Assembly (NCBI RefSeq): GCF_009914755.1
Contig: NC_060926.1
Strand: one strand, 5' to 3'
From: the human T2T-CHM13v2.0 reference genome, Homo sapiens
Length of the DNA: 64,000 nucleotides
In this document: positions 1-12,470 of the stretch, piece after piece
Layout: each line of letters opens with the position of its first letter
How positions within the stretch are numbered: position 1 is the stretch's first letter
Translations under genes and position numbers: made by a program
Notes under the pieces: model-generated
The model's input: the letters and a program-made list of their open reading frames with translations, nothing else
Told to the model about the DNA's origin: nothing
The model's database searches: none

Positions 1-2846
1 CTTTGGATTCCTGGGACCATCCTTGGCCATGTCAAACGCAATCATGGCTAGGAATGTGTGTCTTGGCTCTAGGAGTCTTTAACTTCTGCACAGTAAACTG
101 GAGATGAGCTGGACATTCAAGGCCATACTCAGGAGTTGGGAACATACCCCTCCTGGCTCCATCCCACTCTTAGAAGTAATTTACCACCTCCTGCCTTGGT
201 TTCCCCTCTAGGCATAACGACACCAGGAGCATGAGTAAAAGTCAACACAGAGCTTCCAGGGCTTTCAAGGGCCATAGAGATCTTTCACAATGAGTCTGGC
301 TTGGTGAGGAAGCCCTTCTAGAAATAAGAGAGAAAATGAATTTTCAGCCAGGCTGAGCAAGCATGGAGAATCACTCAGACCCTTCCACATTCTCAGTTTG
401 AGGCTTCCAGGCATTCTGTGCTCACTTTCGGGGGCTCAGCCTAAAGGCTCCTGGCTCCCTCCTGTGCTCTGGTGTGTCACCAACTGGAAAGGCCTGCTGC
501 AAGGATGTTCCACCACAGCAGATGGAGACCCATCTCTGGCAAGTTCCTGTTTTTCTTTCATTCTCGAAATCTGTGTAGTGTATGTTGAGCTCTGCTGGGC
601 CCTGGGTTTTGATGAGGAAAGACATTGCTTCCTGGAGCCATGGTCCAGCAAGCGAGGGGCCTGTGCACAAAAATACTCGACCTACAGTCAAATGCCAAGT
701 GCCCTAGGGAAGGAGTCAAGTGCCTCTTGGGCCCCTGCCATTCTTTTGACTTGTGTGGTTGCAATGGAGATAGTAGCGGATGTGGGATGAGAGCTCAGGC
801 CTCTTGCATCCCTGGCCAATTTTCCCATCATCTCTTGCAGAACCATCCAACTTGTCGAATCTCATTTAGTCTCATATGTACTCCGTACCATCGGAAAAGT
901 AGAGCAAGCTCCTTGGGATGACTGGGGGCATGAGGGCTGTCTGGAGCTAGAAAGGCCCGCCATCCATTCTTCTTGGAGGGACAGGGATGTCTGCTCCCCG
1001 TTTCTTGGAACACACAAACATTTCCTCTGTCCTCTGTTGCTGTGTTGGCTTGCGGCTTGGGGAGCTGACATGGTACCGAGATGGCAGCACTGACAATGGC
1101 GAGAAGACCCAGAAAAAGGGTGGTTTCTACCTCTCTTCTCGCCTGACCAAAAGCATCTTTATGAGAGTAAATTAGAAGTCTTTTCTGCTTGGTGAGGACT
1201 AGTTTCAAAAAGTAGAGTGGAGTGAAGACTGGGTCTATATAGTTGGTGGGGCCCTGGGCAAGTTGCCAAAACTTTTAAGGTGCCATCTTGGTTTTTAAAA
1301 GAATCTATGTAAGATGTGTTTTTTTCCCCCAACAATGGAACCCTTTGTTTAGCATGAGATGCTAATTTATTGCTCCTGTTTTATATTATATGTTTACTAG
1401 TAACATGTGCTTCCTCAGGCAGTGCCACAAATGACATCTCTCCCCCTCTTTCTTTGAGCAGAGATTATCTGAGCAGGTACTGTAAATCACACACTTGTGC
1501 CTATAGCTAGGAGTGTAGAGATGTGTAAGACGTGGACCTTGCTCCCGAGGATTTCAGTCAGTGATGTGATTCACGTTATTTACTGACCGGGAATTGCTGA
1601 AGTCTCTTTTAGTTGTGCCCCCTATAGAGCTAGAAGCTACTCAAGCTGGAAAAACATTGCATCTGGACAATGAGAGAGAAGTCAAGAAAGACTTAAAATA
1701 ATGAAAAGTCTTGGAGAATGGTAGAACTATGGGCGAAACTCTCACTAGGCAGTGGGGTGTGCTGGTGGGAGCAATGTGGAAGGTGTGGGTGGGACACCAG
1801 TCAGGCAGCTGGAAACCCAGGTGTGGAACCCAGGTGGACATAAAGATATTTGAGTCATCTGCATAGAGGTAAGGGTGGAAGTTATGAGCATTGATGAGGT
1901 TCCTGGCGCGGGGGTGGGGGCAGCATAGATAGAACTGGATTCTTTGCTTCAAATATTGGAAGCTCAATTATCTCCTAAATTGCAGGCTTTGTGTTTAGGG
2001 AAAGAAGGGGCTGAGAACACAGGGCTACATTTTCCGAGACATTAAGAATTATGAAAAACATACACATCTGTTGACTTGTAAGCCAAGCTGTGGATGTTAC
2101 CAAGAAAATCTTGAGCAGATTCGAACATCCTGTTATTTTAAAGAGGTTCACTTAGTGCCATTTTGAGCAACTGCCTCCTAAACCAAGCTCATGGGCCGGA
2201 TCTGTCTCACTGCTTTGCACTCTTGATTGTGGAAACTTAGCAATCAAAAGCAACAACTTGTCCCAAACGTCACAGTAAATCAGCGTTAGAAATAAGATTT
2301 AAAGCTCAGAATTGCTAATCTACTCCTTGCTCCAATGATCTGGGATATTTTCTGAGAAAGAAACAGGGCCAGATCCTTCCAGAATTATGAATGTTTGATT
2401 TCTATATATCAATGCCTGGTTGCACATCGCGTGCTGAGCCACCGGCCGCATCTCTTCTCCTCTTCTTGAACGGCTGAAGCTGCTCACGTACAGCTCAGAA
2501 AATGCACAATCTCGTTCAGCCAACAGGCTGTCGATGGACAGTGAATATATTGCCTTATTTGCTACCCTGCCAACCTTAGGGATTGACAAACCTAATTAAG
2601 TTCACTTAATAATTTTAAGTAGCCCATGTCTACTTAAGTTCGCCCAAGGCTGTCCTGAGCCAGTGGTGCCATTTGGAAGACAGCAGAGGAAGAAGGTTCT
2701 TCTCCTCCAGGTTCTTTCTTCACGCTTTCTGAGCTTCACACTGAGGCTCCAATCACTTGCCACTGGGCCCCTCAAAAGACCTTCCAATATCCCCCATGCT
2801 CTGTGCTTCCCGCCCTCCAGCCTATCTCCGTGCTCAGTGGCTTTCT

Positions 2847-3483
<637 letters not shown>

Positions 3484-3990
3484 TAAATCCAAAACACCTG
3501 GCCTAATATTCACACTCACTCTCTCCCAAAAAGATTTCTCAGGATTCTCTGACACAACCAGGTTGGCTGTTCTTGAACCCACAAAAAACATTTCTGCATC
3601 TCCAAGCCTCTGCTTTCCCTGAAGGCCTTCTCTGGAATGCCTTGTCCCTTTTCCATTTCTCTAAGACTTAAATTTTCCTCAAGCACCAGTTTATAAAAAG
3701 CTCATTTTCTCCGTGATGGTTCATCTGACTGCTCCTGTATCTGGACGTCAATGCACCTGCTGAACCCTGGTCATGATCTGTTGGAACCTGCAGGGTGCCT
3801 GTGTGCTACTGTTTGCCTGTGGAGGTCCTGTGATCTGGCAAGAGCTGATCAAACATCCTTTTCCATCCTCTGTGCTTGATGGAGGCTTAATATATGTTTG
3901 CCGACAATGTGTCAGCCAATGACATTTCTCCAGTCACTTCTTGATTCCCTGTCTTGCCCAGATCCAGATACCTGGATCTGCCATTATATA

Positions 3991-4170
3991 CCAGTGACTT
4001 CCAAATGTGGTTACGCATGAAAGTCAACTGGGGAACTTTAAAAAATACAGATTCCTGGTCCCAATATGTCATCTGTGAATCAGAATCTTTGTGTATGAGA
4101 TCTGGGGCTCTGAAAGAAAAAAATACGTTTTCCAGGTGATCATAATGTTCATCCAAGTTTGGAAACCATC
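3991..4170 (+). mobile_element. MER5-family hAT-Charlie MITE
   Basis: ccagtgacttccaaa...aaaatacagattcctgg...gaatcagaatct...ccaggtgat...aagtttggaaaccat. Confidence 0.7.
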
Positions 4171-4539
4171 GTCCTACACTGTCCTGCTAGTTTTAAGCCT
4201 TTTCAAAAGCACTTTCTCTTGTTTATTTATTTATTTTTTGTTTTTAGAAATGACAAATTCGGGGGTGGGGGGAAATTCTGAGGTGGTTTCTGCCAGAAAG
4301 TAAGATTTTGCTGCATCATAAAAATTTGGGAATGAAACATTCATACCTTAGAATAGAACCTGGAATTGATTTCAGCCTTGAGTTATGAGGCTTTGTGGAG
4401 AAGAAGCGTGATCAATGCTCAGCATAGCTAAATGAAGAAGAAACATTCTCAAGTGACACTCTGATAGATGGCCAGACATGAGAGCTATATTCCTTGACTT
4501 AGTCTGTGACACACCATCTCATTTTTTTTTTTTTTTCAA

Positions 4540-4619
4540 ATCTAACTCACTTCTTTTATTTGGGCACACAGCTAGACTACATTCCCCAGCACCCTTTGCA
4601 GTAGGTGTGGCCATGTGAC
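4540..4619 (+). mobile_element. MLT1-family (ERVL-MaLR) LTR, 5' part
   Basis: agctagactacattccccagc...ttgcagtaggtgtggccatgtgact is typical of old MLT1 LTRs. Confidence 0.65.
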
Positions 4620-5245
4620 TTTTTTTACATTATAAAATGTTTTATTAATGAAAACAAGCTTTGAGAAACATGGTGCATTGCAAAAGCTAAGAAACTCATC
4701 CACAGAACCTTGAACGCTTCTTGTGTGCACCATGTATTCTAGAGTTTTTCCAAGTCACATTTAATGTTATCAGTTTTGAGTTACTAAATTCAGAGGAGTC
4801 TTATTTCTCACTGCTTGAATTTTTAGGAAATACGACGAAAGCACATTGTAAACCACTAATATTTACAATAGTCAAAAATGAGCTCATAATAAAATACATT
4901 TAGGCCATGTTTCAAAGAATACTTAACAGGTCAACATCATTCTGCGTTACTGTTGGCCTTGTGTCTTACGCACAATAGATGCCTAACATCTAATGACCAA
5001 GACCTTCAACTGAATTATGTAACCATTTTCTTTGATTCTTACATGTGCCAATTTTAGACAGAAACCTTAAATGATGATACAGAAGCCACAGTATGATATT
5101 ACAGGTAGTGTGGTAATTCTAACCCTGAAAAAAAATCCCAATGACTGAAAATTTTTGTTTCCTAGGTACGAAGCATAAAAACCAGCCCAGATAAGGCAAA
5201 CAAAAAGTCAGTAAGGAAATCCAAAGAGAGCAGATGGCAAAGGAG
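4620..5245 (-). pseudogene. Probable retrocopied mRNA 3'-end fragment of unknown source inserted into an MLT1 LTR
   Basis: The minus strand ends ...ATTAATAAAACATTTTATAATGT-A7 (AATAAA at 4641-4646, A-run at 4620-4626). The sequence is AU-rich, matches no repeat I recognise, and is flanked by two collinear halves of an MLT1 LTR. Confidence 0.55.
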
Positions 5246-5515
5246 GCAATGTGAGCGGAGCAGAAGTGATGATTCATAAAAATCTTCCTGTTCAAGGCTT
5301 CCTAAGCTCTTTGCCCACCGACTGGCTGAATGGAAAGGATTCCAAGGCCAGAGGAAAGGCCCACCCTTTTCTCTGGCCTTGGAATCCTTTCCATTCAGGG
5401 AAGGAAAAGGGTGGAAGGGGCCTGGATCCCTGAATGATCAGGTGGAAGGCCACCCACCAACCAGCATGCTTATTTTTAATTTCACACGAGCAGGAAATAA
5501 CATTTCTTTTGTTTA
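5246..5515 (+). mobile_element. MLT1-family LTR, 3' part (continues 4540-4619)
   Basis: aatgtgagc...agaagtgatg, cctggatccctgaatga and gagcaggaaataacatttctttt follow MLT1 order. Confidence 0.6.
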
Positions 5516-6262
5516 CAGCTCCTGGAGTGGAGATGTAATGTTACTTCAGGTAGTGTCACCCCCTCTCACATACATGTGGCACATACCTAGGTACTCAGGT
5601 GTGTTCAGTGCACCTGGCATTGTTGGGTTGATGACTAACACACTCATGGGGGTGGGAGGGATGGGTGAACTTGGTCCTTGACTGGCTGCAGGAATCTGCA
5701 GTATTCTTCCTTCACAGCTATAGCCTTCCCCTCTGCAGCACACTCCTGCACTACTCCAGGACTAGGGACAGGTCTGAGTAGGGCAGGGGGCATAAAGGAG
5801 CTTGGCCCAGGGCTCGGGATGCAGATGCAGCTCTCCTGTGCTAATGTGCTATTTGCATAGGCTTTAGGCTCATTGACCGGGTTTCTGTCATGTTCTGGAG
5901 GCCTGGGGCCTCGTCTTGTCCTGGTTTTTCACTTGGGTCCTGACCACACACCCATATCCCTCTCTGGATGACTGATCTGGCACCCCAGTCTGTGCCTGGT
6001 GTGCTCCTACAAGTCAGAGTCCTTTCTTTGGCTCTTAACTGCATGGCTGGGCCCTGCAGGTACAGGCTGACCTCTTCACGGCTGACAGGGTCTTCAGGTG
6101 GCCCAGGCCTAGGCGCCATAGCACAGTTCTTTCATATCAGCTGCTGATGTGTGATAACACCTGCTGCCTGTTGTCACTGAGATTCATGGAAAAAATTTTT
6201 TGACCACGAAAGCATGGTGTTTGGAAAAGGGTGAGTGTTTGAGCTAGAAAACTGTGCCTTGA

Positions 6263-6679
<417 letters not shown>

Positions 6680-8669
6680 TCATTGATAAACTAAGGTCAT
6701 TAAAATCTGACTTATAATGATGAAGATAAACGGGCACAGATGCTTGGTTCAGTGAGAATGCCATCCCTCTTCTCCTGTCCTCGATCATTATGGCCCCAAG
6801 AGGCACAGGCCATGGGCTCCAGGTGGGACCCCAGCCCTGCCAAAGTCCCCTCAGCCTTGCAGGCTGCTGATGAAGCCAGGGACTCTGCTCCCACGTCCCT
6901 TATCATCAAGGTAAGGAGAATAAAGCATGGTGTGCACTTGAAGTGTTTTGAACCCCTTGGGGAAAGACTTGATGGGTTTAGTCAATGTAATTTACCCTGC
7001 ATGGCTTATAATTGCCTCTGAGACCACCATTTTCTCCCAGTTCAAAGAACTGACTCAGCCTAATGCCAATAAGCATGTCAATGTCCCCAGCCCCTGTAGC
7101 TTCGGGAAGGGACACTTGTGCTGCCACAGCAGGTCATGAGTAGAGAGCACCTTTTATTTTCTTCACTCACCATGTGAACGAATCGGTTTTGCCTAAGTGT
7201 ATATATATATATGGCATCAGGGCAATTCAACTCCCCTCGCGAGAGGCAGGTGAGACATTCCTCTCCCTTCTGCCCCATTTCCAACTTTGGAGCCTGCAGG
7301 TCTACTCTGGGGTAAGTTCCTGGCATGTGTCTGCTGAGAGTGGATGAGCAAATGCATGTCTACCTGGGGTGGTAGTCATTGCTCTCTGCTTCTATTCATG
7401 TGGGAATGCCCAGCAGAGGGAGGACTCACCACTGGCAACCAGACAGGTGCCTGTTGGGAAGCAAGGAGCCCCAACAGCTGGGGCTTTACTGGGCTCCTTC
7501 TGCTCCAGCTCCCAGGACTCGTGTTCTGTGATGCCGTGGTCTTGTCTTCCCGCCAGCCTCCCTAATTAGATGGAGATTGAGAGCTGGGGCTGTATTGCTT
7601 GTCTGGGTGTGCCCATCACCTGGCACCCAACACTGCAGTAAATGTTGGTGGACATAATGCCTCAGGGGATTTTGGAGGTTTGTACATTTCATGCTTGGAA
7701 ACCTTCACAGGATGCTGTCTCGTGAAGTGAAAGGAGGGGAGGAAGGACCTCCACAGAGGGGCCTCTATGTTTAATGGCAAGTTCTTAAACCCCTCTGGGC
7801 CTCTGTCTTTTCAGCTGAAATTAGGGAATGACATCTACCCTAGCTGCTCAGATGCGAGCCTGAGTGAGAACCTTGTGTTGTGAAGGAGCCAAGCACCCTG
7901 GAAGGGGGCACAGGGCTGCCGTGGATGGGGAGATGTGGGCAGAGTGAGGAGGCGCAGGAGCTGCTGGGACTGTCAGCCAGCTTGTCCAGCAGAGGGTCAG
8001 TAGGCGAGTGATGTCTGCTCCTCCTCATAGGCATCCCTTTTTCCTGAGGTGGAGTTAGAGGCGGAGCAGTTACAGATGAAAATGCTCCTAGGAGGGGCAG
8101 ACAGGCAGGAGGACAAGAGCAGATGTGGGGGGCACCCCTGGGCCATGTGCTCCTAAAGATGAAGCAGGGCTCTATTTAGCACAGTGTACCAACCTTGTGG
8201 CTGGGGTCTCCTGTTGATCCTTACAGCAGTGAACTTTATTCTCAATGAAAGGGCGATTTGTTAAATGTACAGTATAACTAAAGGTTATTTTTATGCCTTG
8301 GTTAGACTTGGTACATGAATAGATATGCAAATTAAAAATGCCTATCAGAGACTGTGCTCCAGTGCTGGGGAGGAAACACATGGTGTGGGGATAGTCAAAG
8401 GCATGCCGGAGTGGGAGGCACCTGGAGAGGGGACACAATGGCCTGGAAGGATAAGGGGAGACTCCAGCTGTGAGCCTGAGAGGAGAGGCAGGCAGGCAGG
8501 GGCCGTGCGGGGAATGGTCTGCAGCAGGAGGTGGTGGTGGGAATTGCTAGGATGAATTTCAGGAGCTGGTTGAAGCAAAGGGAAAGCAGTAAACTAATGT
8601 GAAATGGATAAGAGATGTGGCCTAAAAATAACCAAGAACCTAAATATTTTGTTAGTAACAATGGCTATT

Positions 8670-8983
8670 GACCAGGTGCGATGGCTCCTGCCTGTTATCC
8701 CAGCAGTTTGGGAGGCCCAGGCAAGAGGATCACTTGAGGCCAGGAGTTCAAGATCAGCCTAGGCAACATAGCAAGACCCTGTCTCTACAATTTTTTTTTT
8801 TAATTAGCTGGGCATGGTGGTGCACGCCCGTAGTTCTAGCTACTAGGGAGGCTGTGGCAGGAGGATTGCTTGAGCTCAGGAGTTTGACACTGCAGTGAGC
8901 TGTGATCATGCCACTGCACTCCAGCCTGGGTGACAGAGTGAGGCCTTGTCTCTAAAAATTAAATTAAAAAATTAAAAAACAAC
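8670..8983 (+). mobile_element. Alu (AluJ-like)
   Basis: Diverged dimer with AluJ-type right arm (ggaggattgcttgagc); TSD aacaatggcta(t/c)tg. Confidence 0.93.
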
Positions 8984-10209
8984 AACAATGGCTACTGTTT
9001 TTCAAGTTTCTGCTACATGCCAAGCCCCATGCATCACTTCCTCAGGCAGTACATAGGAGGCAGACCAGCCTAAAGTTTAAGGGAAAATTATTTAACCTCC
9101 ATAGCCCTCAGATTTCTCATATTAAAAAGGGGATTAATTATAATATCTACCCCAAGGGGTTGTTTTAAGGATGAAATTAGATAATGCATGTTAAGTACTT
9201 GTTACATGACTGGCAGGCAGTAAGCACTCAACAAACGCTAGCTCTAATCATCATTTATAACTCTTAAATGGCTTTATCAGGATGCTGTGATTCAATTAAC
9301 AGAAATGTGAATTAAACAGAATTTTTTTAGGGGTGTGTCTAGACCTGCAAACTGAGGCTTACCGGAAATCTCTGGATTTCCACTCACTGAAATCTACTAT
9401 TTCTCTACACAGATAAGAACAAGTAATAAAAGACGCTCTTCAATGCCTTTCTCATCACAGAAAGATGCTACACAAAGGGAGAGTGTTGTTACTGACAGCA
9501 TCCCACATAAAATGAGAATTCTGTCGGTGATAAAAATTGAATAGAAAAAAAATCTTGGCTCTATGGAGTTTCTGGTCTAAATGCATGAAGACATAACTCT
9601 CAGTTTAACCCATCTCATTTGAAAGATGCATTGGTGAAACACACCACTTGTCGTTTAGGACAAAGGATTGCAAAGGGAACAGGAAATCTAAATATCTCCA
9701 GAAGGAACAATTTTTCTTGTTAGACTATGTATGTAGTGTACGGCTAAAAGCCTTTATAATGATAGTGCTGAGGAATGGAGCCTGCACAGGTGTGATAAGT
9801 TGTGTACTTTATATTTGACTGTACAATTGCAGTGATTTGTGGGACATGATTTGATCCATGGTGTTTCCAAATCCATCTCATAACGAGTTGAACTTAGCAT
9901 GGCTTCTGCTCTGTAAGCGTGTCAAAGCTTAGGATAGTGTGGGAACATTGTGTTTAATTTAGTAAGATATATAGAGAGAGGAAAAACTAGGGGTATATCT
10001 CTGCAAGAGACTGACAATTAGAATCAGGAGAGAGAACTTGCCTTTCTTCTATTTTGAGAAAAGGTAGAATTAATTCCAGCAGAAAGAGCAGCAATTGAAT
10101 GAGGGAGGTGGGGCTGATAAAGTGGGGAGAGGATGAGGAAAAGTAGCTATGTGAGGTGGATGTAAAGTAATGAGATAATTTTTAAGCACACATCAAGCTG
10201 ATATTTGAA

Positions 10210-10310
10210 TTGGTGTTGTCCTTCAAAATTACCTTGAGAGCATTTATCTGTATTCAGAGGACATTGCCACTGCTCAAAACATCTTAGGCATTGCTCTTAG
10301 AGATTTTTCC
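10210..10310 (+). mobile_element. MARNA-like ancient mariner fragment
   Basis: tgtccttcaaaattaccttgagag...ttgccactgctcaaaacatc resembles MARNA as I recall it. Confidence 0.45.
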
Positions 10311-10889
10311 TGTTACTCATTATACTATGGTTGTACAGTTAACATAATTCTGTAATGATGACAGACTATTACATTCCTTCTATCGCTTTACATGTTTGTA
10401 AGTGGACAGAAGAAATATCATTCCATGGATCAATGCCTCCCTGTCACCAGGCTTTATGTACCTATGACTTATTCACCGAGCCTTCCCGAGGACTACTGTG
10501 TGGTGGGGGCAATCTGACTAGAGCCCTTTTCTCTCAAGTGCACAACTCTAGTTCTCTCTATCACAAGGACCAGGGCACCCAATTAGGATCAAAGTCTTTC
10601 TTATGAAGTGATTCCAACAGGAATGTGACCAGAGACAAAGAAAGCACAGGTACCAGGCAAGTCCCTAAAGATAATTCCTTGTCACAGAGTAACAAATGCT
10701 GTTTTGGTTCATCTGATGGGACACAGGTGTTGCTCTGATATACAGAACACTTTGCAGTAGTATTTATTATAAAGCAATCATATCTGTTTTGTCGGACACA
10801 GGTTGAAGAGAGGAGGAATGTTAGATAGATTCCATCAAGTGAAATTCTCAGTTTATTCAACTGGAATTTGAAAGTATATGCAATTTCCC

Positions 10890-11445
10890 TCAATACATCA
10901 TTCTGTCAATGCATATTTATTGGGCATACTACATGTTAAGTATGGTACTAAAGATTCAGGAAGCAGTGATTTATAAGACACACACAATCCCTACCTTGTT
11001 AGTTTGTATATTCAGATATAAAAAAGATAATAAAGAGTGATAAATTATTATAGGGATGTTTCAAGAGCCATGAGAATATATTGTGGGTACATATAGAGTA
11101 TAGGTGTCTGGGGATAATTTTTTTTAAGTGAAGGAAGAGTAGTATTTAGAGAGATGGAAAGTAAAGGCAGAACATTAAGTTCTTCCTTTAACTTTAACAT
11201 GCCTTTAACATGGCAACTGCAAAAGCCTAGAAGTAAGAATGTAGCATGGTACAACTGAGTGGAAGGAAGGGGAGATTGAGAGAGAAAGAATGGTTTAAGA
11301 AGCAGCTGGTGAAACTAGCGCTGGACAGATCACACATGGGCTTAAAAAAGGTCTTATTAGGGAGTTTTAAAGGCATCCCCAAAGCCACAGGAAGCCACAG
11401 AAGGATTTCCAAAATAGGAAAATGGTCAGATTTATATTTCATGTA
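10890..11445 (-). mobile_element. L2 3' fragment
   Basis: atatttattgggcatactacatg ... gaagccacagaaggattt ... ggtcagatttatattt. Confidence 0.65.
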
Positions 11446-11623
11446 ACAGCCAGGGCCAATACCGTTGACTAGAGCCTGGAGTCTCTTAAGTGCTAACCTC
11501 TAAGCCCTAATAAAGTTACTTTAAAAATTTTGTAATGTGTGAAGGTTGAGGAACCTGGGAGCAGAGGTGATTTGGGACAGCATAGGGAATAAAATTTCTG
11601 CCGCTTTCAAGGTTCAGGGTTGG

Positions 11624-11650
11624 GGAGCTGTCCACAAGGTAGGTGCTGAA
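11624..11650 (-). promoter_or_regulatory. Candidate non-canonical RE1/NRSE (REST binding site) with an 8-nt spacer
   Basis: The minus strand reads TTCAGCACC-TACCTTGT-GGACAGCTCC; both half-sites closely match the RE1 consensus TTCAGCACC-nn-GGACAGCGCC. Confidence 0.65.
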
Positions 11651-12289
11651 TAGCTGAAGCCAGGAGCTGCCTAAGGAAGCTTCATGGGATGTGGGGCAGG
11701 TGGCGCCAGGTGTTACCGCCTACCTCAGAGGTGGGAGGAAGAGAGTTGGTTTTTCTTTGTCTTTTATCCATCCTATTTTTCTATTTTCCTTGCTTATGTC
11801 TTCCTCTACCTTCTCCTTTCTCCCATTTTCATCTTCTAGCAATCTGGGCAGCTATAGCTGACTCTCCCTGAAGGAAGAGGGAAGAGAATGCTTTTTGCTC
11901 CTCCATCAGTGACTTCTCATAAGGAGTCAACAGAGCATTGTGAAAACAAATTCATAAGAAGCCCGCCTTTATCTAAGGGTTGGATGACTGGTTATATTGC
12001 TAAATTGGCCATCCCAGACCCTTCTGAGCCATTAGGTGGGGAGATATTGTCATTATTATACTATAGTTATTAGTAGTTGAGCATTTAGTGTGGATCAGGC
12101 AGTTAAACAAGCACTTTACTTCTCCAAACCTAAGAGGAGACTGTGTTGTCTGTTTTATAGAACATGGCTTGACTTGGAAGATCAGTGGTTGTGATTTGTG
12201 CTATTTGTTTAATAAATTATTACTGAGGCCAAATAACTGAAAGATGCAGAAAATAAAATCTATTAACACTCTGTGTAGACTCTTTCAAT

Positions 12290-12470
12290 AGTCATTTCAT
12301 TTAGTCTCATAACAATCTTGTGAAATTATACTGTTATTATTCTCATTTTACTGATGAGGACACTGAGGCTCAGAGAGCTTAAGTAATTGGCTGAGGTCAC
12401 ACAACTAGTAAGTGACCATGGCAGTTTTCAAACTTGGCACTATTTGATTCCAAAGCCTCTGCCCTTTCAT
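12290..12470 (-). mobile_element. MIR
   Basis: cattttactgatgaggacactgaggctcagagag...aggtcacacaactagtaagtg (MIR core). Further MIR-like fragments lie near 13740, 17050, 22320, 23760, 27560, 27810, 35120, 38700, 40640, 42980, 43270, 47440 and 55490. Confidence 0.8.

Noticed and set aside
3959-3980. 9-bp-stem hairpin cagatccag/ctggatctg
   Set aside because: It is an isolated short inverted repeat with no consensus to compare against, and terminator logic does not apply to a human intron.
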